From the sequence record NZ_CP012903.1: DNA of 64,000 nucleotides. One strand, written 5' to 3'. Source of the stretch: a plasmid. The position numbers and the translations under genes were made by a program. How positions within the stretch are numbered: position 1 is the stretch's first letter; the number at the start of each line of letters is the position of its first letter. Shown one piece after another: positions 1-12,192 of the stretch. The notes beneath the pieces were generated by a model, which saw only the letters and a program-made list of their open reading frames with translations, had not been told where the DNA came from and searched no databases.

Positions 1-48
1 CAGCCCGCCGGCGAAGAGCGCACCGCGCCCGTTTTGTGGTTCAGACAT
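1..48 (-). CDS. merT: merT, 5' end only (mercuric ion transporter; the gene runs off the left edge of the window)
   Basis: Minus-strand ATG at 46-48 followed by the codons for [16 protein letters not shown], the same N-terminus as the second merT at 11455. It is divergent from merR across the operator. Confidence 0.7.
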
Positions 49-91
49 ACGTTGGCCCTTTTGAATTTGGATTGGATAGCGTAACCTTACT

Positions 92-109
92 TCCGTACTC
101 ATGTACGGA
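92..109. promoter_or_regulatory. mer operator/promoter dyad (MerR binding site) between divergent merT and merR
   Basis: Dyad TCCGTAC-TCAT-GTACGGA lies between the merT start and the merR start, as in Tn21/Tn501 merOP. Confidence 0.7.
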
Positions 110-119
110 GTCAAGCGAT

Positions 120-554
120 ATGGAAAATAATTTGGAAAACCTGACCATTGGCGTTTTTGCCAAGGCGGCCGGGGTCAACGTGGAGACAATCCGCTTCTAT
201 CAGCGCAAGGGCCTGTTGCGGGAACCGGACAAGCCTTACGGCAGCATCCGCCGCTATGGGGAGGCGGACGTGGTTCGGGTGAAATTCGTGAAATCGGCAC
301 AGCGGCTGGGGTTCAGTCTGGACGAGATTGCCGAGCTGTTGCGGCTCGACGATGGCACCCACTGCGAGGAGGCCAGCAGCCTGGCCGAACACAAGCTCAA
401 GGACGTGCGCGAGAAGATGGCCGACTTGGCGCGCATGGAAACCGTGCTGTCTGAACTCGTGTGCGCCTGCCATGCACGAAAGGGGAATGTTTCCTGCCCG
501 TTGATCGCGTCACTACAGGGCGAAGCAGGCCTGGCAAGGTCAGCTATGCCTTAG
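120..554 (+). CDS. merR: MerR Hg(II)-responsive transcriptional regulator (144 aa)
   Basis: Translation [33 protein letters not shown]...CPLIASLQG, a MerR-family HTH with the C-terminal Cys triad. The true start is the internal ATG at 120 of ORF 36..554. Confidence 0.9.
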
Positions 555-565
555 CGTGCTTTATT
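550..565. repeat. Inner 16 bp of a Tn21-family 38-bp IRmer, split by an IS
   Basis: CTTAGCGTGCTTTATT overlaps the merR stop. The same sequence begins the intact IR at 11978. Confidence 0.75.
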
Positions 566-1892
566 TAATGAGATGGTCACTCCCTCCTTCCCGGTACTAT
601 GCTGAGGACAGGCTTTCATTCGGAGAACTATCATGGAAAACATTGCGCTCATTGGTATCGATCTGGGTAAAAACTCTTTCCATATTCATTGCCAGGATCG
701 TCGCGGGAAGGCTGTTTACCGTAAAAAATTTACCCGGCCAAAGTTGATCGAATTTTTGGCGACATGCCCCGCTACAACCATCGCAATGGAAGCCTGTGGC
801 GGTTCTCACTTTATGGCACGCAAGTTGGAAGAGTTGGGGCATTCCCCAAAGCTGATATCACCACAATTTGTCCGCCCGTTCGTTAAAAGCAATAAAAACG
901 ACTTTGTCGACGCCGAAGCTATTTGTGAAGCTGCATCGCGTCCGTCTATGCGTTTTGTGCAGCCCAGAACGGAATCTCAGCAGGCAATGCGGGCTCTGCA
1001 TCGTGTCCGTGAATCCCTGGTTCAGGATAAGGTGAAAACAACCAATCAAATGCATGCTTTTCTGCTGGAATTTGGCATTAGCGTTCCCCGAGGAGCTGCC
1101 GTTATTAGCCGACTGAGTACCATTCTTGAGGATAATAGTTTGCCTCTTTACCTCAGCCAGTTATTGCTGAAATTACAACAGCATTATCACTATCTTGTTG
1201 AGCAGATTAAAGATCTGGAATCCCAGTTGAAACGAAAGTTGGACGAAGATGAGGTTGGACAGCGCTTGCTGAGCATTCCCTGCGTCGGAACACTGACAGC
1301 GAGTACTATTTCAACTGAGATTGGCGACGGGAAGCAGTACGCCAGCAGCCGTGACTTTGCGGCGGCAACAGGGCTTGTACCTCGGCAGTACAGCACGGGA
1401 GGTAGGACGACATTGCTGGGAATTAGTAAGCGAGGTAATAAAAAGATCCGAACTTTGTTGGTTCAGTGTGCCAGGGTATTCATACAAAAACTGGAACACC
1501 AGTCTGGCAAATTGGCCGATTGGGTCAGGGATTTACTGTGCCGGAAAAGCAACTTTGTCGTCACTTGTGCTCTGGCAAACAAGCTGGCCAGAATAGCCTG
1601 GGCCCTAACGGCACGACAGCAAACTTATGTAGCATAACGGCAGAAATACACCGGTTTAAAGAATTACTGATCTGGTTTTGCGAATACTGATATTGATGAT
1701 ACTAACGGCCCACCGGCCTGTTGAGGAACCTGTAAAACGGAAAGGCTCATTGAAGCCGTATATTTTCTGGAGGTTCATCAGGCGCGGAACTCATCAAGGC
1801 GCGGGAATAAAATCCCATTCAGACGCCGGATAGATTCAAGCAAGCCAACTTGTCGTCAAAATCGGTGTTGCAAAAACGGGAGTGACCATAGA
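566..1892 (+). mobile_element. IS4321/IS5075-like insertion sequence (IS110 family, 1327 bp) inserted in the 38-bp IR of a Tn21-family transposon
   Basis: A 1327-bp interval interrupts the IR at a fixed internal position, the known target of IS4321/IS5075. It encodes an IS110-family transposase. Confidence 0.8.
633..1637 (+). CDS. IS110-family transposase (IS4321/IS5075-like), 334 aa
   Basis: N-terminal DEDD-type domain (IALIGIDLGKNSFH...) and C-terminal IS110/IS1111 transposase region. Confidence 0.8.
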   Translation: MENIALIGIDLGKNSFHIHCQDRRGKAVYRKKFTRPKLIEFLATCPATTIAMEACGGSHFMARKLEELGHSPKLISPQFVRPFVKSNKNDFVDAEAICEAASRPSMRFVQPRTESQQAMRALHRVRESLVQDKVKTTNQMHAFLLEFGISVPRGAAVISRLSTILEDNSLPLYLSQLLLKLQQHYHYLVEQIKDLESQLKRKLDEDEVGQRLLSIPCVGTLTASTISTEIGDGKQYASSRDFAAATGLVPRQYSTGGRTTLLGISKRGNKKIRTLLVQCARVFIQKLEHQSGKLADWVRDLLCRKSNFVVTCALANKLARIAWALTARQQTYVA

Positions 1893-1914
1893 TTCCGTTT
1901 TCTGAGGTGCCCCC
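1893..1914. repeat. Outer 22 bp of the interrupted IR (TTCCGTTTTCTGAGGTGCCCCC; GGGGGCACCTCAG type)
   Basis: It completes the 38-bp IR when joined to 550-565 and matches Tn21-subfamily IR termini. Confidence 0.7.
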
Positions 1915-1987
1915 TAATAGTGTTCTTCCATTTCGGTAAAAATCCCTACCATGGATTCCCACTCGTCCGGGGGGTAATGACTCCAAC

Positions 1988-2491
1988 TTATTGATAGTGT
2001 TTTATGTTCAGATAATGCCCGATGACTTTGTCATGCAGCTCCACCGATTTTGAGAACGACAGCGACTTCCGTCCCAGCCGTGCCAGGTGCTGCCTCAGAT
2101 TCAGGTTATGCCGCTCAATTCGCTGCGTATATCGCTTGCTGATTACGTGCAGCTTTCCCTTCAGGCGGGATTCATACAGCGGCCAGCCATCCGTCATCCA
2201 TATCACCACGTCAAAGGGTGACAGCAGGCTCATAAGACGCCCCAGCGTCGCCATAGTGCGTTCACCGAATACGTGCGCAACAACCGTCTTCCGGAGCCTG
2301 TCATACGCGTAAAACAGCCAGCGCTGGCGCGATTTAGCCCCGACGTATCCCCACTGTTCGTCCATTTCCGCGCAGACGATGACGTCACTGCCCGGCTGTA
2401 TGCGCGAGGTTACCGACTGCGGCCTGAGTTTTTTAAATGGCGGAAAATCGTGTTGAGGCCAACGCCCATAATGCGGGCGGTTGCCCGGCAT
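1988..2491 (-). CDS. insB: IS1 InsB (expressed as InsAB' by a -1 frameshift)
   Basis: 167-aa ORF with InsB sequence overlapping the insA 3' end. Confidence 0.85.
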   Translation of the reverse strand: MPGNRPHYGRWPQHDFPPFKKLRPQSVTSRIQPGSDVIVCAEMDEQWGYVGAKSRQRWLFYAYDRLRKTVVAHVFGERTMATLGRLMSLLSPFDVVIWMTDGWPLYESRLKGKLHVISKRYTQRIERHNLNLRQHLARLGRKSLSFSKSVELHDKVIGHYLNIKHYQ

Positions 2492-2685
2492 CCAACGCCA
2501 TTCATGGCCATATCAATGATTTTCTGGTGCGTACCGGGTTGAGAAGCGGTGTAAGTGAACTGCAGTTGCCATGTTTTACGGCAGTGAGAGCAGAGATAGC
2601 GCTGATGTCCGGCGGTGCTTTTGCCGTTACGCACCACCCCGTCAGTAGCTGAACAGGAGGGACAGCTGATAGAAACAGAAGCCAC
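2410..2685 (-). CDS. insA: IS1 InsA
   Basis: [43 protein letters not shown]... Confidence 0.9.
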   Translation of the reverse strand: MASVSISCPSCSATDGVVRNGKSTAGHQRYLCSHCRKTWQLQFTYTASQPGTHQKIIDMAMNGVGCRATARIMGVGLNTIFRHLKNSGRSR

Positions 2686-2963
2686 TGGAGCACCTCAAAA
2701 ACACCATCATACACTAAATCAGTAAGTTGGCAGCATCACCCGACGCACTTTGCGCCGAATAAATACCTGTGACGGAAGATCACTTCGCAGAATAAATAAA
2801 TCCTGGTGTCCCTGTTGATACCGGGAAGCCCTGGGCCAACTTTTGGCGAAAATGAGACGTTGATCGGCACGTAAGAGGTTCCAACTTTCACCATAATGAA
2901 ATAAGATCACTACCGGGCGTATTTTTTGAGTTATCGAGATTTTCAGGAGCTAAGGAAGCTAAA

Positions 2964-3623
2964 ATGGAGAAAAAAATCACTGGATATACCACCGTTGATA
3001 TATCCCAATGGCATCGTAAAGAACATTTTGAGGCATTTCAGTCAGTTGCTCAATGTACCTATAACCAGACCGTTCAGCTGGATATTACGGCCTTTTTAAA
3101 GACCGTAAAGAAAAATAAGCACAAGTTTTATCCGGCCTTTATTCACATTCTTGCCCGCCTGATGAATGCTCATCCGGAATTCCGTATGGCAATGAAAGAC
3201 GGTGAGCTGGTGATATGGGATAGTGTTCACCCTTGTTACACCGTTTTCCATGAGCAAACTGAAACGTTTTCATCGCTCTGGAGTGAATACCACGACGATT
3301 TCCGGCAGTTTCTACACATATATTCGCAAGATGTGGCGTGTTACGGTGAAAACCTGGCCTATTTCCCTAAAGGGTTTATTGAGAATATGTTTTTCGTCTC
3401 AGCCAATCCCTGGGTGAGTTTCACCAGTTTTGATTTAAACGTGGCCAATATGGACAACTTCTTCGCCCCCGTTTTCACCATGGGCAAATATTATACGCAA
3501 GGCGACAAGGTGCTGATGCCGCTGGCGATTCAGGTTCATCATGCCGTTTGTGATGGCTTCCATGTCGGCAGAATGCTTAATGAATTACAACAGTACTGCG
3601 ATGAGTGGCAGGGCGGGGCGTAA
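2964..3623 (+). CDS. catA1: Chloramphenicol acetyltransferase type A-1 (Tn9 CAT, 219 aa)
   Basis: [25 protein letters not shown]...[28 protein letters not shown], the classic Tn9/pACYC184 cat. Confidence 0.95.
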
Positions 3624-3823
3624 TTTTTTTAAGGCAGTTATTGGTGCCCTTAAACGCCTGGTTGCTACGCCTGAATAAGTGATAATAAGCGGATGAATGG
3701 CAGAAATTCGAAAGCAAATTCGACCCGGTCGTCGGTTCAGGGCAGGGTCGTTAAATAGCCGCTTATGTCTATTGCTGGTTTACCGGTTTATTGACTACCG
3801 GAAGCAGTGTGACCGTGTGCTTC

Positions 3824-4204
3824 TCAAATGCCTGAGGCCAGTTTGCTCAGGCTCTCCCCGTGGAGGTAATAATTGACGATATGATCATTTATTCTGCCTC
3901 CCAGAGCCTGATAAAAACGGTTAGCGCCGGGGTTGGATTTTTCAGCGTTCCAGCTAAGGCTAAGGCATTCCTGTTCAAGCGCAAGCCGGGCTATAAAGCG
4001 CATTATCGCTTTACCCGTGCCCTTATTTCGATCGCACTGAGAAACATACAGCTCTTTAATATGCAGCTGACCGCTGTATCGGGGCGAGGGATAAAGAATA
4101 TTGCAACATGCCAGGCCAGTAATGTTATTGCCGCAGCGCGCTCTGATCACCAGGGTACCGGAAAGCCGGTTGAATAACTTTTTACAGAGATAATCCTTCA
4201 TCAA
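3824..4204 (-). CDS. GNAT-family N-acetyltransferase (ybjA-like ORF that follows cat in Tn9/Tn2670 contexts)
   Basis: 126-aa ORF downstream of cat with a GNAT-like core (RFIARLALEQEC...). Its position matches the Tn2670-type arrangement cat-ybjA-Tn21. Confidence 0.5.
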   Translation of the reverse strand: MMKDYLCKKLFNRLSGTLVIRARCGNNITGLACCNILYPSPRYSGQLHIKELYVSQCDRNKGTGKAIMRFIARLALEQECLSLSWNAEKSNPGANRFYQALGGRINDHIVNYYLHGESLSKLASGI

Positions 4205-4234
4205 CGCTTCCTGAATGATACCTTCGCCATAATA

Positions 4235-4272
4235 GGGGTCGTCTCAGAAAACGGAAAATAAAGCACGCTAAG
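4235..4272. repeat. 38-bp terminal inverted repeat (IRtnp) of a Tn21-subfamily transposon
   Basis: GGGGTCGTCTCAGAAAACGGAAAATAAAGCACGCTAAG. The tnpA stop codon lies inside it. Confidence 0.85.
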
Positions 4273-7234
4273 CCGGTTGCAGAGGCCGTAGCGGCCTGAA
4301 CTTCCCCGCGCCGATCTTGGCGCTGCTGCGCCATAGGTAATCACCGGTCAGGTTGATGTGCTCCCAGCCGAGTGGCGACAGGTACTGCAATAGCGAGTCA
4401 TCGACGGCATGACCATTGCCGCGCAACGCATGCGCCGCACGCTCCAGGTAGACCGTGTTCCACAGCACGATGGCCGCCGTCACCAGGTTGAGGCCGCTGG
4501 CCCGGTAGCGCTGCTGCTCGAAACTGCGGTCACGGATTTCACCAAGGCGTTTGAAGAACACGGCACGGGCCAGCGCATTGCGCGCCTCGCCCTTGTTCAG
4601 CCCGGCATGCACGCGGCGGCGTAGCTCGACGCTTTGCAGCCAGTCGAGGATGAACAGCGTGCGCTCGATGCGGCCCAACTCGCGCAGCGCGACGGCCAAG
4701 CCGTTCTGGCGCGGGTAGCTGCCGAGTTTCCTGAGCATCAGCGAGGCCGTCACCGTGCCCTGCTTGATCGAGGTGGCCAGCCGCAGGATTTCGTCCCAAT
4801 GGGCGCGGACGTGCTTGATGTTGAGCGTGCCGCCGATCATCGGCTTGAGCGCGTCATAGGCGGCATCGCCCTTCGGGATGTAGAGCTTGGTGTCGCCCAG
4901 GTCGCGGATGCGCGGCGCGAAGCGGAAGCCCAAGAGGTGCATCAGGGCGAAGACGTGATCGGTGAAGCCCGCCGTGTCGGTGTAGTGCTCCTCGATCCGC
5001 AGGTCGGATTCGTGGTACAGCAGGCCGTCGAGCACGTAGGTTGAGTCGCGCAGGCCGACATTGACCACCTTGGTGTGGAATGGCGCGTATTGGTCGGAGA
5101 TGTGGGTGTAGAAAGTCCGTCCTGGGCTGCTGCCATATTTTGGGTTGATGTGCCCCGTGCTCTTTGCCTTGCTAGCGGTTCGGAAATTCTGTCCGTCCGA
5201 TGATGATGTGGTGCCATCGCCCCAGTGCCCGGCAAAGGGATGCCGAAACTGAGCGTTGACCAGTTCAGCCAACGCTGTCGAGTACGTTTCGTCGCGGGTA
5301 TGCCAGGCTTGCAGCCAAGCGAGCTTCGCGTAGGTCGTGCCGGGGCAGGACTCGGCCATCTTGGTCAGGCCCAGGTTGATCGCGTCGGCCAGGATCGTGG
5401 TCAACAACAGGTTCTTGTCCTTGGCCAGATCGCCCGATTTCAAGTGCGTGAAGTGCCGGGTGAAGCCCGTCCACTCATCGACTTCGAGCAGCAGTTCGGT
5501 GATCTTGACGTGCGGCAGGACCATGGCTGTCTGGTCTATCAGCGCCTGCGCGGTGTCGGGCACCGCCGCATCCAGCGGCGTGATCTTCAAGCCCGACTCG
5601 GTGATGATGGCATCCGGCAGGTCGTTGGCTGCCGCCATGCGGTTGACGGTGGCAAGTTGTGCTTCCAGCAGCGTCAGCCGCTCATGCAGATATTGTTCGC
5701 AGTCGGTGGCCACGGCCAGCGGCAATTCGCTGGACTGCTTGAGGCTGGTGAACTTCTCGGGCGGTACCAGGTAGTCCTCGAAGTCCTTGAACTGGCGTGA
5801 ACCCTGCACCCAGATGTCGCCCGAGCGCAGGGAGTTCTTCAACTCGGACAGCGCGCACAGTTCGTAGTAGCGCCGGTCGATGCCGGCGTCGGTCATCACC
5901 AGTTTCTGCCAGCGCGGCTTGATGAAGCCGGTCGGTGCATCGGCTGGCAGCTTGCGGGCGTTGTCGGTGTTCATGCCGCGCAGCACCTCAATGGCATCAA
6001 GCACGTTTTTGGCGGCGGGCGCGGCCCGCAGCTTGAGCACGGCAAGGAATTCCGGTGCATAGCGGCGCAGGGTGGCGTAGCTCTCGCCGATGCGATGCAG
6101 GAAATCGAAGTCATCGGGTTGCGCGAGCTTCTGCGCCTCGGTGACGCTCTCGGCAAAGGAATCCCAGGACATGACGGCCTCGATGGCGGCAAACGCATCG
6201 CGGCCTGATTGCTTGGCGTCGATCAGCGCCTGACCGATGCGCCCGTACAGACGTACCTTGGCGTTGATGGCCTTGCCTGACGCCTGGAACTGCTGCTGAT
6301 GCTTATTCTTGGCAGCGTTAAACAGCTTACCCAGGATGCGGTCGTGCAGGTCGATGATTTCGTCGGTGACGGTGGCCATGCCCTCGGTGGCCAGCGCCAC
6401 GAGAGTGGCGTAGCGCCGTTGCGGCTCGAATTTGGCCAGGTCGGCGGGTGTCATCTGGCCGCCCTCGCGGGCAATCTTGAGCAGGCGGTTCTGGTGAACC
6501 AGCCGCTCGATGCCGGTAGGCAGATCGAGTGCCTGCCATGCCTTGAGGCGTTCGATGTGTTCCAGCATATGCCGCGAATTTGGCTTGGCCGGAGACTGGC
6601 GCAACCAAGCCAACCAGGTCGTCTTGCCGTTGTCCCGGCGCTTGAGCAGATCGTCGAGGCGGCGGCGATGCGCGTCCGCCAGTGGTTCGGCCAAGGCGTC
6701 GTAGATGCGCCGGTTAGCACGGGTGATCGCCTCGGCACTCGCCCGCTCGACGGCGTTGAGGGCGGGCAGAATGACCGACTGCCGCCGCAGGTGCCCGATC
6801 AAGGCGCTGGCCAGCACGATGCCTTTGTCGGTTTGCATCGCCAGCTCGGTCAGCATCTGGACGGCCTGCCGGTAATGGCTCATGGTGAAGGGCCGGAAAC
6901 CGAACACGGTTTGCAGCTCGCTCAGGTGCTCGCGCCGGGTCTGCTCCCGCTGGCCGTACTCGTTCCAGCTTTCGACGCCGACCTTGAGCTGGTCGGCGAC
7001 CAGCTTCAACAAGGGCGGGAACGGTAGTTCATCGACGCCCAGGATGACGCCGGGAAAGCGCAGGTAACAGAGCTGCACCGCGAAGCCCAGCCGATTGGCT
7101 GGCCCGCGCCGCTGTCGGATGATCGAGAGGTCGGTATCGTTGAATGTGTAATGTCGGATCAGGTCGTCCTTGGAGTCCGGCAACGCCAGCAGGCTTTCCC
7201 GCTCGGCGGCGGACAGGATGGAACGACGTGGCAT
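4268..7234 (-). CDS. tnpA: Tn21-family transposase TnpA (988 aa)
   Basis: [33 protein letters not shown]... Full-length DDE Tn3-family transposase with the typical C-terminal DDE region. Confidence 0.9.
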   Translation of the reverse strand: MPRRSILSAAERESLLALPDSKDDLIRHYTFNDTDLSIIRQRRGPANRLGFAVQLCYLRFPGVILGVDELPFPPLLKLVADQLKVGVESWNEYGQREQTRREHLSELQTVFGFRPFTMSHYRQAVQMLTELAMQTDKGIVLASALIGHLRRQSVILPALNAVERASAEAITRANRRIYDALAEPLADAHRRRLDDLLKRRDNGKTTWLAWLRQSPAKPNSRHMLEHIERLKAWQALDLPTGIERLVHQNRLLKIAREGGQMTPADLAKFEPQRRYATLVALATEGMATVTDEIIDLHDRILGKLFNAAKNKHQQQFQASGKAINAKVRLYGRIGQALIDAKQSGRDAFAAIEAVMSWDSFAESVTEAQKLAQPDDFDFLHRIGESYATLRRYAPEFLAVLKLRAAPAAKNVLDAIEVLRGMNTDNARKLPADAPTGFIKPRWQKLVMTDAGIDRRYYELCALSELKNSLRSGDIWVQGSRQFKDFEDYLVPPEKFTSLKQSSELPLAVATDCEQYLHERLTLLEAQLATVNRMAAANDLPDAIITESGLKITPLDAAVPDTAQALIDQTAMVLPHVKITELLLEVDEWTGFTRHFTHLKSGDLAKDKNLLLTTILADAINLGLTKMAESCPGTTYAKLAWLQAWHTRDETYSTALAELVNAQFRHPFAGHWGDGTTSSSDGQNFRTASKAKSTGHINPKYGSSPGRTFYTHISDQYAPFHTKVVNVGLRDSTYVLDGLLYHESDLRIEEHYTDTAGFTDHVFALMHLLGFRFAPRIRDLGDTKLYIPKGDAAYDALKPMIGGTLNIKHVRAHWDEILRLATSIKQGTVTASLMLRKLGSYPRQNGLAVALRELGRIERTLFILDWLQSVELRRRVHAGLNKGEARNALARAVFFKRLGEIRDRSFEQQRYRASGLNLVTAAIVLWNTVYLERAAHALRGNGHAVDDSLLQYLSPLGWEHINLTGDYLWRSSAKIGAGKFRPLRPLQPA

Positions 7235-7236
7235 AT

Positions 7237-7797
7237 TTACTGATCCGTTCTCAAGTATTGATACAGGGTTTCGCGACTGATTCCGAATTCACGAGCAAGC
7301 TTGGTCTTTTGCTCGCCAGCCTCGACACGTTGGCGCAGTTCGGCAATACGCTCAGACGACAGGGATTTCTTCCTGCCACGGTAAGCCCCGCGTTGCTTGG
7401 CGAGCGCAATACCCTCGCGCTGACGCTCGCGGATCAGGGCGCGCTCGAACTCGGCGAACGCGCCCATCACCGAGAGCATCAGGTTCGCCATCGGAGAGTC
7501 TTCGCCAGTAAAACTGAGGTGTTCCTTGACGAATTCGATATGCACGCCGCGTTGTGTCAGCGTTTGCACGATCCGGCGCAAATCATCGAGATTGCGCGCC
7601 AGGCGATCCATGCTATGCACCACCACGGTGTCGCCGGTGCGGGCGAAGCTTATCAGCGCTTCCAGTTGCGGACGCTTGACATCCTTGCCGGATGCCTTGT
7701 CGCTAAAAGCGCGATCAACCTTGACGCCTTCCAGTTGCCGTTCCGGGTTCTGGTCGAAGGTGCTGACCCTGATATACCCAATGCGCTGTCCAGTCAT
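7237..7797 (-). CDS. tnpR: Tn21-family resolvase TnpR (186 aa, serine recombinase)
   Basis: [25 protein letters not shown]... Catalytic Ser in the N-terminal YIRVST motif and a C-terminal HTH. Confidence 0.9.
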   Translation of the reverse strand: MTGQRIGYIRVSTFDQNPERQLEGVKVDRAFSDKASGKDVKRPQLEALISFARTGDTVVVHSMDRLARNLDDLRRIVQTLTQRGVHIEFVKEHLSFTGEDSPMANLMLSVMGAFAEFERALIRERQREGIALAKQRGAYRGRKKSLSSERIAELRQRVEAGEQKTKLAREFGISRETLYQYLRTDQ

Positions 7798-7922
7798 GGA
7801 ATTCCCTGCAAAATGTCAGGGAAGACTCTATGACCTTCAACGAGATATGTCAATAAATTCAAAATTCAATCCTATCCTGACGCAATTTACACATGGCATC
7901 TGACATCAGGTTAGGGTATGCC
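7798..7922. promoter_or_regulatory. res region (resolution site and tnpR promoter) of the Tn21-like element
   Basis: About 125-bp non-coding interval directly upstream of tnpR. Subsites were not delimited. Confidence 0.45.
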
Positions 7923-8135
7923 TCAATCTGACGGCTGCGAACCGCCAGGGACAGGCGCAATGTCAGATTCTGTCGCGGCCTTGGCGCGTGCCTGGAAGCG
8001 TTCATAGCAATCCAGCCCGCAGAAATGTTCGACGTATTCCGCGCCTTCCGGGGTGAAGGCGGCATCGAGCGGAATTTCTTTGCAGCATACGCAGCAGGTG
8101 GTGCAACTGGCAGTGTTCGGGGCGTTTGCGTTCAT
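7923..8135 (-). CDS. Small Cys-rich hypothetical protein (70 aa) between merE and res
   Basis: CTTCCVCC...C...C...C pattern suggests metal binding. It sits where urf2 lies in Tn501/Tn21 but is much shorter. Confidence 0.4.
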   Translation of the reverse strand: MNANAPNTASCTTCCVCCKEIPLDAAFTPEGAEYVEHFCGLDCYERFQARAKAATESDIAPVPGGSQPSD

Positions 8136-8200
8136 GGTGGTACTCCTCCAGATTGGTAGCGAAGCTCAAAGCTGCCCACTCTCGGCTGGCTGGGAAGCGG

Positions 8201-8437
8201 TCATGATCTTCCCTTGAAGGCCCGCAGCAGCCGCGTCACAGACAGGACAAACAAGCCGGTCAGCGTGAGGGCTGCAATACCCCAGTGCTCCCCGATGAAC
8301 GCGCCGGCCGTCGTGCCGGCTAGCACAATGGCGAGAATCGGCAAATGGCAGGGACAGGTGAGCACGGCCAGCGCGCCCCACAAGTAGCCGGTGATCGGTT
8401 TGTGCGTCTCAGACGGCAAGTGCTCTGGGCTGTTCAT
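8201..8437 (-). CDS. merE: MerE (78 aa membrane protein, Hg transport)
   Basis: [41 protein letters not shown]... with the CPC motif. It overlaps merD by 4 nt. Confidence 0.85.
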
Positions 8438-8799
8438 GGCAGACTCTCCGCGTGCTGTGCCGGTTCGGTTGGCATGGCGGCCAGTTGCATTTCGAGGCTG
8501 GCCAGGGCCTCGCGCCGACGCTCGACGAGTTGCCGCAACACGGCAAGCTGCGCAGACGCACCGTCACCGTCCGCAGCATCCAGCGCCCGGCACAGCCGCG
8601 CCAGTGCGTCCAGGCCGATACCCGCTTCGAAGGCAGCCCGTACAAAGCGCAGCCGTTGCAACGCGGTGTCATCGAACAAGCCGTAGCCGCCCGTGGTGTA
8701 CGCGACCGGCCGTAGCAATCCGCGCAGCAGGTAGTCGCGCACGATATGCACGCTCACCCCGGCATCAAGGGCCAGCCGGGACACTGTGTAGGCGCTCAT
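8434..8799 (-). CDS. merD: MerD co-regulator (121 aa)
   Basis: [32 protein letters not shown]..., a MerR-like HTH. The start was taken at the internal ATG of ORF 8434..8832. Confidence 0.85.
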
Positions 8800-8816
8800 T
8801 GAACACCTCCTTTTCC

Positions 8817-10562
<1,746 letters not shown>

Positions 10563-10769
10563 TCACAGCTGTCCGGCCCGCAGCGGCGATGTGCTGGCGA
10601 GATGAAATCCCAGACCGACACCCCCAACCATCAAGGCCAGGCCGACATAGAGCAGTCCACCGCTCTGCCAGCCGTAAGCCCGCATTAAAAACACCGCTGC
10701 CAGCACCAAGATCGGGCCTATCGTGCCGAGCGCGCCGGTTTTGCCAGCGATGCGCGTGATGAGTCCCAT
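10563..10769 (-). CDS. Small two-helix membrane protein (68 aa) where merC/merF sit in other operons
   Basis: ORF fills the merP-merA gap. It is hydrophobic (GALGTIGPILVLAAVFLM...LALMVGGVGLGF) and resembles neither MerC nor MerF. Confidence 0.35.
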   Translation of the reverse strand: MGLITRIAGKTGALGTIGPILVLAAVFLMRAYGWQSGGLLYVGLALMVGGVGLGFHLASTSPLRAGQL

Positions 10770-10788
10770 GTGTCGCTCCCGAGTTCGG

Positions 10789-11073
10789 TTAACGGATCAG
10801 CGTTTGAGGCTGGACGGATAGCCCGCGTCCTCGGTCGCCTTGGTCAACTTCTGGACGTTGGTCTTGGCATCGTCGAAGGTGACGACGGCCTGGCGCTTGT
10901 CGAAACTTACGTCGGTCTTGCTCACCGCCCTCAACCTTGGAAAGCGCGTGCTTGACAGTGATCGGGCAAGAGGCGCAGGTCATGCCAGGCACGGACAGCG
11001 TGACGGTCTGGGTGGCGGCCCACACGGGGGCAACAACGGCAGCGAGGGCGAGGGCGGCAAACAGTTTTTTCAT
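10789..11073 (-). pseudogene. merP: merP with a +1 frameshift (periplasmic Hg-binding protein; N-terminal 50 aa intact including GMTCASCP)
   Basis: Signal peptide and HMA motif are in frame. After ...SKVEG the frame slips at an extra G near 10926-10929. The shifted frame encodes the canonical tail VSKTDVSFDKRQAVVTFDDAKTNVQKLTKATEDAGYPSSLKR. Confidence 0.75.
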
Positions 11074-11090
11074 GATGAACTCCTGTGATT

Positions 11091-11455
11091 AATAGAAAAA
11101 ATGGCATGACGTAGGGAAATCCGAGCGAGACCAGGACCAGCGCGGCCACGATCCAGAAAATGAGCTTGTAAGTAGCTCGCACTTGGGGAATCGCGCAGAC
11201 CTCACCCGGTTTGCAGGCTTGCGCCGGGCGGTAGATGCGCCGCCAGGCGAAAAACAGCGCGACCAGCGCTGCGCCGATGAAGATCGGGCGATAGGGTTCC
11301 AGCACCGTCAGGTTGCCGATCCATGCCCCGCTGAACCCCAAGGCGATCAAAACCAGCGGCCCCAGGCAGCAGGCCGACGCAAGAATGGCGGCCAGCCCAC
11401 CGGCGAAGAGCGCGCCGCGCCCGTTTTGTGGTTCAGACTTTTGTGGTTCAGACAT
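11091..11455 (-). CDS. merT: merT (mercuric transport protein) with a terminal homopolymer frameshift and a 15-bp in-frame duplication at the N-terminus
   Basis: [33 protein letters not shown]... The ORF reads through the expected ...PFFY stop because the T-run at 11095-11101 has 6 T where 5 are expected. The duplicated SEPQ(K/N) is absent from the left copy. Confidence 0.7.
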
Positions 11456-11498
11456 ACGCTTGTCCTTTCAAATTTGGTTTGGATAGCTTAAGCTTACT

Positions 11499-11516
11499 TC
11501 CGTAGTTATGTACGGA
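11499..11516. promoter_or_regulatory. mer operator dyad (second copy)
   Basis: TCCGTAG-TTAT-GTACGGA lies between the divergent merT and merR. Confidence 0.65.
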
Positions 11517-11526
11517 GTCAAGCGAT

Positions 11527-11982
11527 ATGCAAATTAATTTTGAGAATCTGACCATTGGCGTTTTTGCCAAGGCGGCCGGGGTCAATGTGGAGACCATCCG
11601 GTTCTACCAGCGCAAGGGCCTGCTGCCGGAGCCAGACAAGCCCTATGGCAGCATTCGCCGCTATGGCGAGGCGGATGTAACACGAGTGCGGTTCGTGAAA
11701 TCGGCCCAGCGGCTGGGCTTTAGCCTGGACGAAATCGCCGAGCTACTGCGGCTGGAGGATGGCACCCATTGCGAGGAAGCCAGCGGCCTGGCCGAGCACA
11801 AGCTCAAGGATGTGCGCGAGAAGATGGCCGACTTGGCACGCATGGAGGCCGTGCTGTCTGAACTGGTGTGCGCCTGCCATGCGCGGAAAGGGAACGTTTC
11901 CTGCCCGCTGATTGCGTCACTGCAAGACGGAACGAAGCTCGCTGCATCGGCGCGGGGGAGTCACGGGGTGACTACGCCTTAG
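11527..11982 (+). CDS. merR: MerR regulator (second copy, 151 aa)
   Basis: [51 protein letters not shown]... Confidence 0.9.
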   Translation: MQINFENLTIGVFAKAAGVNVETIRFYQRKGLLPEPDKPYGSIRRYGEADVTRVRFVKSAQRLGFSLDEIAELLRLEDGTHCEEASGLAEHKLKDVREKMADLARMEAVLSELVCACHARKGNVSCPLIASLQDGTKLAASARGSHGVTTP

Positions 11983-12015
11983 CGTGCTTTATTTTCCGAA
12001 TTCTGAGACGACCCC
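11978..12015. repeat. 38-bp IRmer of the Tn21-like transposon
   Basis: CTTAGCGTGCTTTATTTTCCGAATTCTGAGACGACCCC is the reverse complement of the IR at 4235 with 2 mismatches. Confidence 0.8.
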
Positions 12016-12158
12016 AAATAAAAATGAACAATGAAAAGGGTAGGGGGAGAATGGCCGTTGCCGATAAAATTGTTCCCCGGTTAGTTATTTCTCTGCCCGC
12101 TGTTAAAAGTTGAAAGTTGAAAGTTGATAACTTTGCAGTAAAATGCCGTTATCATATA

Positions 12159-12176
12159 TACTGTATAAATGTACAG
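12159..12176. promoter_or_regulatory. LexA (SOS) box upstream of the umuD-like gene
   Basis: TACTGTATAAATGTACAG fits CTGT-N8-ACAG. It lies 17 nt upstream of the ATG. Confidence 0.7.
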
Positions 12177-12192
12177 CGTAAGAGAGGCATTA

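Larger units (their letters stand above)
1973..2740 (-). mobile_element. IS1 (768 bp)
   Basis: Termini GGTAATGACTCCAACTTATTGATAG (1973) and reverse complement of GGTGATGCTGCCAACTTACTGAT (2740). insA and insB are present. Confidence 0.9.

Noticed and set aside
111-473. Minus-strand ORFs 111..473 and 254..436 antisense to merR
   Set aside because: The region is GC-rich, so the antisense frame stays open by chance. merR is unambiguous on the plus strand.
2022-2542. ORFs 2022..2312 and 2273..2542 on the plus strand within IS1
   Set aside because: They are opposite to insA and insB and are not IS1 genes.
4409-7067. Multiple plus-strand ORFs (4409..4624, 4634..5044, 5225..5800, 5337..5774, 6299..7027 and others) inside tnpA
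   Set aside because: They are antisense to a 988-aa transposase in 64% GC DNA and lack starts or RBS context. They are spurious.
12104-12128. AAGTTGA x3 tandem repeat just outside the IRmer
   Set aside because: It is short and has no partner or obvious context. It is probably incidental.
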